Origin: Octopus sinensis
Lineage: Eukaryota
Direction of reading: 5' to 3'
Length of the DNA: 64,000 nucleotides
Assembly (NCBI RefSeq): GCF_006345805.1
Contig: NC_042997.1
Coordinates: forward strand, 90,644,001-90,708,000
The translations under genes were made by a program, and so were the position numbers. The notes under the pieces were generated by a model. The model did no database searches and was not told the DNA's origin. It saw only the letters and a list, made by a program, of their open reading frames with translations. Positions 1-11,995 of the stretch are shown here, one piece after another; position 1 is the stretch's first letter, and each line of letters opens with the position of its first letter.

Positions 1-87
1 TCTTGTGGGGATGGGTATTGTCGATTATATCGACCCCAGTGTTTCACTATTACTTAATTTATTGACCCCGAAAGGATGAAAGGCAAA
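1..87 (-). mobile_element. Partial tRNA-derived SINE, family S1 (Meta-domain-like core)
   Basis: Contains TCGACCCCAGT...GACCCCGAAAGGATGAAAGGCAAA, shared with the copies at 22242, 28378-29243, 41533 and 59304. Confidence 0.75.
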
Positions 88-599
88 CCCCCAAATGATA
101 ATGACAGTAACATCTGGAATAAGTTTTTCTTTTTGCTTGTTCTTTCGGTTTGGTTATAAGTTGTTTTTTTTTACAGTATTCTAAAAATATGTTCACTTTC
201 ACGATAGTGGATTAGTTGATTCAGGCAAGTTGACGGACAACTCACAGTAGTGGATTTCATCCCTTTTACTTTCTTAGTTCAAATATTCGCCGGAGATAAG
301 ATAAAACTCCTGTCAATACTAGTCCATATAATCGATTTTCTTCTTCACTCAAAATCTATAATGTCGTACATAGATAGAAATAAATGTTACTTTCCTCGAA
401 CTAATAATTTTTGAGTCTGTCGTATACAATGCTTTAGTTGGAAGTTCATTGATATTTATATCACCTACATCTATAGAAAGCAGCCTTTAGTTAAAACCAA
501 TTGTTTAGTTACTTAACTAATTCCAGCGACTACATAGCATCTGATACTCTTTATATATAATGAGGGAAAAGCAAAACAAAAATAAAATAACAAAAAGAA

Positions 600-900
600 G
601 GTAAAAAGGTGAAGGACATCTGAATGTTTTTGTTGTTAAATCTTTTTGTAGTCTTTATGAATGGAAATATCTTATTTATGAGTCTTGGAAATGAATCTTA
701 CCTCCGACATTGGTAACCTTTTAAAAGGCCGGTTTCAAAATGTCATTCGAATATATAGTTTCATGAGAGTCTCCACAAAAGCATAACGGTGATTCCATAT
801 GACCTGTTCCTGAGAGAATATAATTTGAAGGAATATAGCTTGTTCATAGCTAACAGAGTATTCTATTAACGTTGTTCAATATTTCACACGTTTTAGATAT
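600..900 (-). pseudogene. Possible Penelope-like GIY-YIG endonuclease remnant (very degraded)
   Basis: Manual minus-strand translation gives ...KLYIRMT (YIG-like) and KIFPFIK, weakly resembling PLE endonuclease C-termini; many stops. Confidence 0.2.
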
Positions 901-1164
901 ATGCTGCTAAATCTGGTTGAGATATTGCCAACGGGGAAGTTTCTACGCATTTACTTGACTTACTAGAAATAGCAGACAAGTCTCTATAAATTACGCTCTA
1001 CCGTCTTAAAAAATAGTGAAAGGTAAAGAATACACTGAATGATGAGAGTGAATTTTCACATTTGAATACATATTACGACCAGATTATATCGTGATGCTAC
1101 TGGAAGAATAGAATCATTGGGAAGAAAATCAGTTACAGCTTAAGAATTTTAAACATATTTATAT

Positions 1165-1290
1165 GCAGTTCCTTGGGCAAGTGACTTCTACTATAGTCCG
1201 GAGCCGACCAATGCTTTGTGCGTGCATTTGTTAGACAGAAGCAGTATGGAAACCCGTCGTATGTGTATGTGTGTGTGTGTGCGCGCGCGC
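1165..1290 (+). mobile_element. Partial SINE, family S2
   Basis: CCTTGGGCAAGTGACTTCTACTATAG...CCGACCAATGCTTTGTG matches the full copy at 24113-24561. Confidence 0.65.
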
Positions 1291-1346
1291 GTTGTACGTG
1301 ATTGTGAGTATATATATATTTATCGATCTATCTATCTACCTATATA

Positions 1347-3100
1347 CAGGTATACCTCACCCTGAGTCGTTAATTAGTATCAGGAGGCACGACTTAAGTA
1401 GAAAAATGATCTAAGTCGAATTGTTCGTTTATAGGCTAGGCTAGGCCTGGTCTAGCCTAGCCTAAACTGCTAACAGCCATTCCCCAGAACTGTACTTTAT
1501 TTATGAATACATTTTCGATAAGATATGGTAAATAAAAACGTATTTTAAGTTTACAAACAAAAGTATTTATTATTTTGTAATACAGTAAAAAAAAACTAAA
1601 GTATTTTAAATTTACCAATACGTACAATTTGGTAGTGTTCACATCGCTAATAGCCATTTCCCAGTGCTGTACTTTATTTATGAATGCATTTTCAATAAGA
1701 CACGGTTAATAAAAACTATTTTTAAGCTTACTAACAAATAATTATTATTTTGAAAACCCTTAACAGAAATCCCCTTCTCCTTATAATACTTTTCTGCTGC
1801 TGGGATAAAAATGATTAAAGAACCAAGCTTCAAAAATAATAACAGTAACCCACGCTTTTGACTTAGCCATCCTTATAACAGGGAGAGATGCCTTGGGTGT
1901 GTTCTTCAGGGCACGGGGGTTGTGTGCATGATACACAAGCAGTGGCTTTGATTTAAAATCTCCTGCACAATTTAAAATCTTAATTTAAAATCTCTTGCAC
2001 ATTATGGTCACACGTTCTTTTGAGACCCTGTAACCTGGAATTGTTTTCTCCTCCTTGAAATGAATGAACAATCTGGCAATTTCTTCCAATATAATCCAGC
2101 CTCATCTACGTTGAATATTTGCTCGAGAAGAAACCCGTTTTCTTCGATGATCTTCAATGTCGCAGGAAATTTCGTTGCTGCGTCAGCTGATGCGCTTTCA
2201 CCTTGCTTCATAAGGAAGTGATAACTTCTCCGGTTTTTAAATCTCATAAGCCATCTTTGATTTGCCTTGAACTCTACATCTTTCTTATCTGGTTATTTTT
2301 TCTTCAGGTCCTCAAACAAAGACAACGCTTTCTCAGAACGATTTCTTGACTAAGAGTAGCATTCTGACGATTCTGACGATTCTGCCTCTCAATCCAAATA
2401 GACTGAAGACTCCATTTCTTCAAAGATTTTGCCTCTTTGCTTGTTGATGACAATGTTCTTCATCCCTGAAACTTCAGATGTGATATGTGTTAAAACCTTG
2501 TCCTTATTATGCACAATCGTCGATACAGTTGTCCGACTCACCCCGAAAGAGAATGCAATCGCTACAACTTTTTCACCTTTATCATGACGTTTTATCATCG
2601 CCAACTTATCCTCCAATGTTTATAGCATGATGCTTAGTACTTTCACCGGGACTTTTCTAAGGAGGCATGGGGGCAAAAATTAAAGTTACAAATGAATGTA
2701 AATGAGAGAATCTAAACGATAAACAGGTGTAAATAAATCTGAATTCAAAGCAATCGCGAGAACTACGACGACGCCTAACGGTAGCTATTGGAACTACCAG
2801 TGCAATATGAAATCTGATAGACAGATAGATAAGACAACACAGCTGATTTCATGCTTTGGTGAACTAGGCTACACTACTGCATTTTAATATGATTTTATAT
2901 GCTTTTATTCTTAATTTTAACATGATTTTATATGCTTTTAATTTTTTTTATGTTTTTACGATTCCAATATTATTGGCGGACCGACGTAAAGTTGAGTAAA
3001 ACAACTTAAATTGATTTTTATTTTTCTATAAATTATTTTGAAAATCGACGTATCTCCGAGAAAGGCTAAAGTCGAAACGACTTAAGCCGAGGTATCCCTG
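1347..3100 (-). mobile_element. Tigger/pogo-family DNA transposon, internally deleted
   Basis: Imperfect 23 bp TIRs: CAGGTATACCTCACCCTGAGTCG at 1347 and the reverse complement CAGGGATACCTCGGCTTAAGTCG ending at 3100. TA flanks both ends and transposase fragments lie inside. Confidence 0.85.
1870..2640 (-). pseudogene. Tigger transposase remnant (CENP-B-type HTH plus start of the DDE_1 domain)
   Basis: ORF 2389-2616 reads KLAMIKRHDKGEKVVAIAFSFGVSRTTVSTIVHNK (psq-type HTH). ORF 2008-2247 reads FLLEQIFNVDEAGLYWKK (first catalytic D motif). Frameshifted. Confidence 0.85.
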
Positions 3101-3176
<76 letters not shown>

Positions 3177-3177
3177 T
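3101..3177. repeat. (TA)n/(CA)n microsatellite
   Basis: Direct reading; starts at the TA flanking the Tigger TIR. Confidence 0.95.
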
Positions 3178-3180
3178 ATG

Positions 3181-3385
3181 TCTATGTGAGTGTGTCTTTC
3201 TTACTGTTTGTAACCCCCAACAATCATCACTTGACAAATAGAGTTGATTTGTTTACGTTCCAGTAACCAAGCGGTTCGCCAAATCTGACCGATAACATAA
3301 GTAATAGGGTCGATTTGTTCGGCTAAAATTAAGGTGGTTTCCCCAGCAAGTCCGTAGTCCAATGGCTGAAACAAGTATAAGATAA
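3181..3385 (+). mobile_element. 3' half of SINE family S2
   Basis: GTTTACGTTCCAGTAACCAAGCGGTTCG...GGGTCGATTTGTTCGGCTAAA...GGCTGAAACAAGTA matches the 3' half of 24113-24561. Confidence 0.7.
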
Positions 3386-3399
3386 GCACAGTTTACAAA

Positions 3400-4220
3400 T
3401 TCTTTATAAATGCCTTTACACCTGAATCGCCACTTAAGGACAGTCAAGTGATCCCGCAGGTCCAGGATTACCCTCACTACCATTCTTACATTCTTCACCA
3501 ATTGAAATTCGAAAAAAGTTGATGCGGTCTTGGTCGCAGAGGAACGTGTGTTTTCAGTCCTCTCAATCAATTTCAGAGCAGAACCGCTTTCTTATATTCA
3601 ACAGATAGGAAAACTGCCTGATATCCTGACCAAAGGGGAGAAACTGATCGATCTGTTCGATGAGTTCAATCAGGTTCAATCAACAACTAGGTCCATCTCC
3701 ATGTTTGCTAACACCTTCACTAACATCTTAAAATTTACAGTCGACAAAATTTGCAACCAGAACTTATGTCTTTCCTCAACAATACGTCTTTCATCGGCTA
3801 GCCGGCTCACAAAATTGGCAAATTCTGCCGTTCTACTGTCAGTTGCACTAGACATCTGTCAAAAATTCGGAGAAAAAACCTGGAAAAATATTCGTAAAAC
3901 TATATGGTAGATTAGCTCCTTGTACAACTCCTTAATGTCGTCCGTATCTCAACACCTTACATTTTCTTCTGAAAGCAGCAGCTGAACGTCGAAGTCGGCA
4001 CAAAAATCCACTACCGTCTTCGATCCGTCGCTCGCACCCGAACAGTTAAACAAAATGCCGCTGAAAATTTACACACAACTGTTAAGAACCATATAGCATG
4101 CATTAATCTCTGTCCGTCGAAGGCTGATAGATGACCTTATTGTCTTGTCGATCTTTCCAGCGTCCGAGTCTTGGCATATGCTGAGGGGACATACTCTATG
4201 ACACAGAAGAACGCGCTTCT
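3400..4220 (-). pseudogene. Old, degenerate Tx1-clade ORF2 fragment (linker plus RT)
   Basis: Manual translation gives NFQRHFV*LFG, Q*NGRI..FVSR and VNFKMLVKVLAN. These are colinear with FQRHFARLYG, QQNGSIPSFVSR and ADLKILTKVLAK of the full element at 11996-15427. Confidence 0.65.
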
Positions 4221-4749
4221 GTTGGTGGTGCCGTTGTTTTTATTGCTGTTCTTCGTGTTGATGCTTTCTAGGACTCCATAAGATGTTTCAGGAGGATATG
4301 ATTCAGGAGCTTTGATATCACATAATTGCAGCCTTCCGTTGCTGATTGTAGGATATTATGTCAAGCTGTTTAGGGATTACTTTATTTGTTCAAAGATAAA
4401 TTAAGTGTAAAACTAGATAGTCTTTCTCCTTATACCTTAAAGCCCTCTTCTTCAACATCATACTGGCCATATTTATAAATTTATCGAAATATTACGAAAA
4501 GGTATTTTGGTACGGACATAACAGCCTACTCTGCGTTCAAAACCTAAGAAAAACTTTGGCGGTTGCCAGGTCATCTCTGTAAAATAAAAGTAAAAGTTTT
4601 AAACTACTTAAATCGAAAAATTTTGAAGACTCACCAAGTATACAACCAGCGTGGATTTCACATGTACTACCAGTTTTAATAAATGCTAAGAAATGGTGAG
4701 GAATACACGTACCTAGGAGTACCACAGGACGACAGGGTAATGGGAAGAA

Positions 4750-5150
4750 AAATGAGCGAGAAAATCTGATCTAGGGCTAAAGTAAGTCCGACAAACAGCA
4801 ATCACACCTGTTTATCGTCAAGAGATCCCTGAAGAAGTTGCAGCCTCAGCCCATATCTGTGCACCGTTTACATTTTTTAGTGCACTGAGATCAATGACAA
4901 CTCACCTCTTCGGGCTACATCTCTTTCAGTTCATTGTAATATCTTTTTATCATTTTTTACCAATACCCTATCATTCTAATGTCTCCTGTATTCCAACTCC
5001 AACTGCGCGTCAGTAATCAATACAATTTGTGAAACCATGTATCACAGATATGTCATTCTGTCTATTAGATGTTGATTTGATCTTCTAAATGCGGCAATTC
5101 ACAATTCTTCAATTTCGTCATCCTTGTGGCTATCAGGCTGGTCACTTATA
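4750..5150 (-). pseudogene. Possible degenerate APE endonuclease fragment of an RTE-like LINE
   Basis: Translation SHKDDEIEEL resembles the YAPT..HxDDEIEEFY region of RTE-type endonucleases; remainder heavily decayed. Confidence 0.3.
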
Positions 5151-7264
5151 GTCGCCGGTTTTTTTTGTTTTTTTTTTTTTTCTCTAAGTGTCTACTTCTC
5201 TTTGGAACGAGGAAGGGATTCTTTCTCTTTTCCTGTTTTACGTTTCGTTCGACGGTTTGGAAATTTCTTTTAATAATCAATTAGAATCAGTATGATATTG
5301 TGTGATACAGCCCCTCCGACAGGTTTCTAAATGGTTTTGGTCTGCCTAATTCACTTATAATGCTTGAGTCGACCCAAATCTATGGTAAAGCACATGTCCA
5401 AGTTGCCACAAAGTAAAATTGGAGCCAAGACCACTTTGTTTTAGTCTGATATCCGGCAATCTTAATTAAATTTTGCCAGTCCAGTGAATCATATATGATA
5501 CATAGGACATATTCCCCGGGCATCCAAGCACCATATATAATACAACTTCCCATTTTTTCAACTACTAGAGTAACTTGGGACTTACCAAAGCAAAATCTTT
5601 ATATTACTCATAACAAAGGGCAAACAAAAAGTCTGAAAACAAGCTCAAACGTTCAGGACAAATTTATGAATACGCTTTGGACATACAAATGCAACATTAT
5701 GCAGTTATGAAAAAAGTGTGGTTGATTTAGATGAAACGTTAGACAACTGGATAAAAAAATATCAAGCAGTCTTTAGATTCACCAGTTTTTTTTTGTTTAA
5801 ATTCAATTCGAGCAGATATTGCCTTTCATCACTACAATAGCAATAAAATAAACATCAAAAACATTTTGAAGCGATTGAATTGACTTAATAAGTCCTTTCT
5901 AATTAAAATAGATCGTTTTTTTTTCTTTCTTTTAATTTAAAAAACCTAGCGACATCAGATATTTGGGTTTCCAGAAGAATTAAGATGGCCAATCAATATG
6001 AATAAAAAATAACATTGCAATTGAGAGAGGGAAACAAGAAACAGAAAACGTTCTGGAAACTCAGATTTTGAAAATGTTGGTTTCCATTGTCAATTTGGGA
6101 TTCTAGTTATTGAAGCCGCAATTGAAATCAATAGCGGCGTCCAGATTCTGATAGCGGAATACAAGAAATATTGGTATTTGTATCAGGCATGTGCTTTAAT
6201 CGACAGAAATCAATATAAAATATGTGCGTGTACATGCGTGCGTGAGTGTAAGTATGTGTATATATATATGTACATCTTCGTGTGTTTGTGTGCGTGTGTG
6301 TATGTGTGTGTGAGTGTGTGTGTACATGTATGTGTGTGTGTGTGTGTGTGGCGTGATTGGTTCATTATTTATAATCCGCCTCTAATTAATATTTCGCATT
6401 ATCAATAATCCACTTATTTCATCACTGATGCCTGTGTAATTATGGCTGTTAGATTCCTTGTTTTATTTTGGTTGGTTATTTCTTCTTTACTTATTGTGCC
6501 CACAGAGAGATGGTGAAAGGACTGGACGGGGTTGTGATGTGAACGATCGTTTCTTGATCCTTTCATGTAACCGTTTTCAAGGGGGACACACACAGACAGA
6601 CAGACAGACAGACAGACGGACAGATAGATATAGAGAGAAAGAAGGGGGAAATCGAACTTAGTACTTGACGGGAACTTTACTTGTGAGTCTTGGATATAAC
6701 TTTAAACTGCACTCGGTTGTAGGGCCTTGATTCTGGAATTCCAGGGTTTTGAGAAATATGCAGCTACCTATTTACCACTATTGTTCTCATGTCTGCTCTG
6801 ACAAAGAGGGTCCCATCAATGTGTTAATTAGTGTATTAGGGTTTTCCCACCTGTTCATGTGAAAACTGGATCCGTTGGACTCTGCAGAAGAAATTTCATG
6901 GATCAACGCTGGAGAAGGCAGTTGCAACAACGCATTATGAGGTGCGGGGAGCAAGACAAGGCAAGTAAGACATCTTGACCATCCACTGCACTTGTCTACA
7001 TCCCCAGTTGTCTTGACTCAGTCTTGCCAGTGGATTGAAGATGGTCACGGACGAAAGGATGAGGTTGACGGTGCGCGAATCTTCTTCACTTTAAATAAAA
7101 TCACTGTGCAGATCACCAGTCACCCTTAAGAATGACTAGAAGCTCCTCGTCGCTCCGACGGTCGAACACATGGCTTGTGAAGCCTGAAGAGTTAAAAGGG
7201 AAAGCTAGTTTCAGTAGGATTTGAATTCAAATACCTCGGTGATATTTATTCCAATCTTCTCGCA

Positions 7265-7560
7265 CTCTCTAAGTTCAATTCATGCTGAGATCAACTTTGC
7301 TTTTAATTCTTCCGGGATCGAGAAATAAGATACCAATCTCGAAAGGTTAACGGGCAGAATTGTTAGGGCGTCGGGGAGAATACCTTGTGGTGTTTGTTCC
7401 GGCTTTGTGTGTCCTGAGTTCAAATCTCACCGAAGTCAAAACTTCAATTTTCATCCTTTCGAATTCGATGGAAAAAAAGTACCAGCCAAGTACTGATGGT
7501 TCGATATACTCTACAAAATCCACCTCTCAAAACTCAGACTTCATTTTTAAATTAGAAACA
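7265..7560 (+). mobile_element. Two diverged S1 SINE pieces
   Basis: GGCAGAATTGTTAG (A-box-like), GAGTTCAAATC (B-box-like) and TTTCATCCTTTCG core, followed by (GTA)n. Confidence 0.6.
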
Positions 7561-7569
7561 GTAGTAGTG

Positions 7570-7640
<71 letters not shown>
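7558..7640. repeat. (GTA)n microsatellite
   Basis: Direct reading; explains the poly-Val ORF 7360-7713. Confidence 0.95.
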
Positions 7641-7838
7641 TATTGTATCTCGAACGGGAAACGAAAGTACAAAAACGTCAGATGGAGATAAGAATCGACA
7701 AATGAAAATATGAGCGGGAGAGGTTTTAGAATGATGAAGAGAAACAAAGGTAGGACATGCAAAGGAGTAATAATTAATAAGCTGTATTACTTAGGAGCAG
7801 ATGACGCTAGTAATAGAAAAAGAGAGAGTGAGAGAAAG

Positions 7839-7876
<38 letters not shown>

Positions 7877-7878
7877 TC

Positions 7879-7911
<33 letters not shown>

Positions 7912-8344
7912 GTGTAAAGGCGGAAGCAGCAGCAAATGAGATGAATATCAGTCAACGATAGTAATGCTGAAATCAAAAGTCTGTGTCTGAAGTTGATAGA
8001 GATCGATAAACATAGGAAACGATCTGGTTGGTCTACAATATTTCCGGGAAGAAAGGACTATGTACAACGTATTGAAAATAGGGTAGTGAGAAAGTGTGGA
8101 GTGGAGGAGATGGGAGATGGTGATTGAAACTTGAAGGGTGTGTGATGTGATGTTACGGTGTATGGTATGTTGCAGTGCGATGATAAACGGGATCAAAGGA
8201 AATAATGATGTTTGATATAAGAGAAATGTAGGTTGTATTAGGAGAAGAGTACTGAGGGGTGGTGATATTGCGGTGCAGCTACGACTGCTGTAATTGTTCC
8301 TAATGGAGGTGATGATGTTGATATTGTTGTTTTACATATATGTG

Positions 8345-8440
8345 TATATAGTTCAGTGGTTAGAATATCGGGCTAACAATCATAGAACAGTGGGTTAAGA
8401 TTCCCGGACCAGGTTGTGTGTTGTGCTCTCAGCTATTTCA
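8345..8440 (+). mobile_element. Head fragment of tRNA-derived SINE family S3
   Basis: GTTCAGTGGTTAGAATATCGGGCT...GATTCCCGGACC resembles the S3 head. Confidence 0.45.
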
Positions 8441-8775
8441 AATAATTGAATTTGATGAGTTAGCAGAGAGTTTAAATAAATGACTGAAAATGTTGCTTTA
8501 TAGATACACTTTTACAAAATTCAAATTTTGTTTTCCACACAACCACTTACGGTGTTTGACTTTTCCTTCATTGTGAAAAGTACAATGAAGGAGGGAAGAG
8601 TGGGGTAAGATTTTTTTTCTTTTAATGTGAGTTACGTATGTTTCAGAATGTAGAATGAGATAAAATGACAGAAAATTACGAAAAACGAAAAAATCATTTT
8701 TGTGGTTGTTGCTGTCCCAAAGGCATGATAAGTGTGTGTATGCGTGTGTGTGTATGTGTGTGTGTGTGTGTGTGT

Positions 8776-8813
<38 letters not shown>

Positions 8814-9581
8814 TGTGTGTGTGTGTGCGCATATATGCGTGTGTTTGTGTGTGTGAGAGAGAGAGAAAGAGAGAAAGAGAGATGGGGTGGCGATACCAAC
8901 ATTTAAAAGACATGGACTTAAAAAAATTCTTTTTTTAAAACGGCTTGCCTTCATTGTTTTGCAATGCGTGAAGAAGAAAAAAGTGGGGAACACCCCGACA
9001 AAAATGAGAAAATTCAAAGAGCTATTTTCAAAAGTCTGCTGTTCGAGTTTCCAATAAGTGTAGGCGGGGCACAATGAGTAATATTTATTGCATTTTTGAT
9101 TTTGAAGAAAATGTATTTTATACAAATGTTCACTACCTTGCCTAAATTATATCAGCGAAGTAAAGATCTTCTCTAAATGCAGTAAAACCTATAACACATT
9201 CAGAACACTATTTCAGAAAATTATCACTGTTCTCTTTGAGCATATAAAAGACAAATTTACGCGGGGCAAAATGGGTAAGACAAAATAAGGTAAATATGCT
9301 CTGCTAGTTGTCCAGGATTAAATTTGAAAAAAGAGTCATACACACAAATATCTTGGTCAAATGAAAGAACATTATGAAAAAATAAGCACATATGCAATTA
9401 ATGAAACTCAGCTAAATCTAAAAACTCAACATAAAATTTTCTTTATAGCTTTTTCATCAAAAATTGTTGAGATATTTTATTAGCTACCTCAATTACAATC
9501 GAGTCAAATTTGAGTAAAACTATCTTGAAAATAGTACCTGTCACCTCTATTTCAAACTCTCAACTTCAACAACTATGTAAA

Positions 9582-10620
9582 CAAAGGGTTCTCAACCTTT
9601 TTTACCCGTGGACTCCTTTAATTCCTATTTTACTCCTGTGGAACCCCCACCACCACTATACCCATTCGATGTTTAAAAACTAATACTGTATTTATATAAT
9701 TAAATATTATTAGGACTTGTATAAAATTAGTTAAAATATTTTGTATACTGTAGATCTATAACCAATTTCTTAACAACTAAACGAGTCATAAATATACAAA
9801 TATGATAAATAAAATAAATGCACCCTTTTAAAGCCTAGACAGGGTCATGGGCCCAGTTTCTCGGTTTCTAAGGCGTATGTGTTCCCCAGCTGGACGGGAC
9901 GCCAGTCCATCGCAGTTTTGCGCAAGAACCCAACGCGTCGCCCAGTCCAGGAATCGAAACCACAATCTTACGATCATGATGCTGACACCCTAACCACTAA
10001 GCCACACGACTCCACAAATATGCAAATATATATTTATTAAAATAAGTGTTAATTTCTTTAATGCAAGTCTGGTGGTTAGTGCTGTTCTGCTAGTTTTAAA
10101 ATATTTGACTCCAACGTTATCAATGATAATCGAAGCTCAATTTTTCTACCACGTCGATTCGATGAAGAGCTTTTTGACAGTAAGTTAATGACATGGTTGA
10201 AAATAGATTTAACAAGGTAAGATAAAGGAAAAGCAGTAAAGTACAACTGCGCTTACTCACCAGAATAGTGGATACTTTGCAGCAATGTCATTTCTTTTCC
10301 ATACATTATGTTCTCCATCTTTAAATCTTGCCTGAAATATTTCAAAACACTGCAATTCAATGAGATTCTTCTGCAAACAGATATCTATATCAGCAACATT
10401 CACTTCAAAAATAAATGTCGCCCAACGTGATATATTTAACTTCAGCAGGTCGTTAAACTGAGCTTGCATATCAATACACAAGTTCTTCAAAGGTTCAGTA
10501 TACAAGGCCATCATCATGCAGATTACTATTAATTGATTCCAAACTAGGAAATTGTAAGAATACATAAGATACAATATATATTTTCTAAAGCAAAACACTT
10601 CATTTATGATATTATATTAT
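9582..10620 (-). mobile_element. hAT (Charlie/FAM200-ZBED-like) transposon, 3' part with terminal sequence
   Basis: Charlie-like end CAAAGGGTTCTCAACC at 9582. ORF 10257-10598 reads YTEPLKNLCIDMQAQFNDLL...LQKNLIELQ...YPLFW and continues into a decayed dimerisation domain. Confidence 0.75.
9836..10015 (-). mobile_element. tRNA-derived SINE family S3 inserted in the hAT element
   Basis: Minus strand GTGGCTTAGTGGTTAGGG (A box) and GTTTCGATTCC (B box). Confidence 0.8.
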
Positions 10621-10631
10621 ATTATATTATA

Positions 10632-10938
10632 TCTTTATATATAAAACTGGAGTTGTGTGTGTGAGAGTCTGTCTCCTCCGATTTAGATTCCTAACTACTC
10701 CCACATTTTGCGGTGCAGTTTAACCAAAAGCAGGTATCTTATAGTCGTGATTCATATCGAGCCCTTCTGGGTATTAGCGCGCGTCTACGATGAGTCTACG
10801 ATTTATAAAATAATTTACCAACTTTTTTTCATTTTCTTATTGCATTTTACTCGGTTTTATATAAGGGAAGTAACTCTCTAAAAGGCTTATATAGTTATTT
10901 CCCTTACAAACCCGAGCAACGCCAGGTGATACTGCTAG
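10632..10938 (+). mobile_element. Non-autonomous Helitron (~307 bp)
   Basis: 5' TC(TTTATATATAAAA) follows an A. The 3' GC-rich hairpin CCCGAGCAACGCCAGG is followed by CTAG then T, an A|T insertion site. Confidence 0.8.
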
Positions 10939-10959
10939 TTATATTATATTTTTGTGCAG

Positions 10960-11080
10960 CTGAAGATTGCTCTACATTTTAAACTAATGTAATGTTTGCA
11001 TTGTTCAATTAAATGAAGTCGCATGAAACGATCGTACTGCATTACCTCTGGACATCCTTGCTGCTTATTTTGATTATATA
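10960..11080 (+). mobile_element. Degenerate single-arm copy of the MITE at 49470-49620
   Basis: AAATGAAGTCGCATGAAACGATCGTACTGCATTACCTCTGGACATCCTTGCTGCTTATTTTGATTATA aligns with 49553-49620. Confidence 0.75.
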
Positions 11081-11272
11081 TACATACATACATACATACA
11101 TACATAGATACATACATACATACATACATACATACGTACGTACGTACATACATACATACATACGTACGTATGTACGTACATACATACATACATACATACG
11201 CACGTACATATATACATACATACATACATACATACATACATACATACATACATACATACATACATACATACA
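11080..11272. repeat. (TACA)n microsatellite
   Basis: Direct reading. Confidence 0.95.
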
Positions 11273-11498
11273 GGTATACATAGTGAAACTATTAAAAGTG
11301 TGTTACTCGGTCGAAGGTTTCACTATTCTTCGAGATTTGTGACATAATACGGAAGCAGTGCCAATGTTGCAGTGTTTTAATACAAAAAAATTACATGTTG
11401 ACTATCCTGGGGTCTCATAGTATTACCATGTAAATTTGATTTGATTTGGTTGAGCCGTTTGAGAATGCATTGAGAACAGACAGATCTACAAAGGATTT

Positions 11499-11564
<66 letters not shown>

Positions 11565-11571
11565 AAGAAAG

Positions 11572-11630
<59 letters not shown>
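11499..11630. repeat. (GATA)n microsatellite at the Tx1 3' junction
   Basis: Direct reading. Confidence 0.95.
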
Positions 11631-11995
11631 AGAATGTTTCTTTATTAGCCACACAGGGCTGCACTAGATAGAACAAATTACAAGGTAGAGCTTTTCTTGA
11701 AGGTAAAGAAAAAACGGGGGGGGTGTTCGATCAAAAGGATCGTAAAAGGAGAGAAAGAGGACAAAAAAAGAGGGGGGTTAAAAAAAGGGGGAGAGGAAAA
11801 AAAATTGATCAATAGGGATCGTTATCACAGAAATGTCAATATGAAGTGTAAAGGGGAGGACAGGTGAGGTTTACCCGTGGAAAAAAGCCTACGGAAAGAC
11901 CACGGTAACCTCGGTCAATGAAGTCACATGTTATATTTCTTTCTTTTATTTTTTTTTTTTGCAAATAAGCAACTCTCTGTATTAATTTTTATGGT

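Noticed and set aside
6720-7190. GC-balanced segment reminiscent of an RTE-type LINE 5' region
   Set aside because: Could not recover protein motifs or a second copy, so it is left unannotated.
9960-10015. tRNA-like A and B boxes here and in other SINE heads
   Set aside because: No cloverleaf acceptor stem and continuous with SINE bodies; not tRNA genes.
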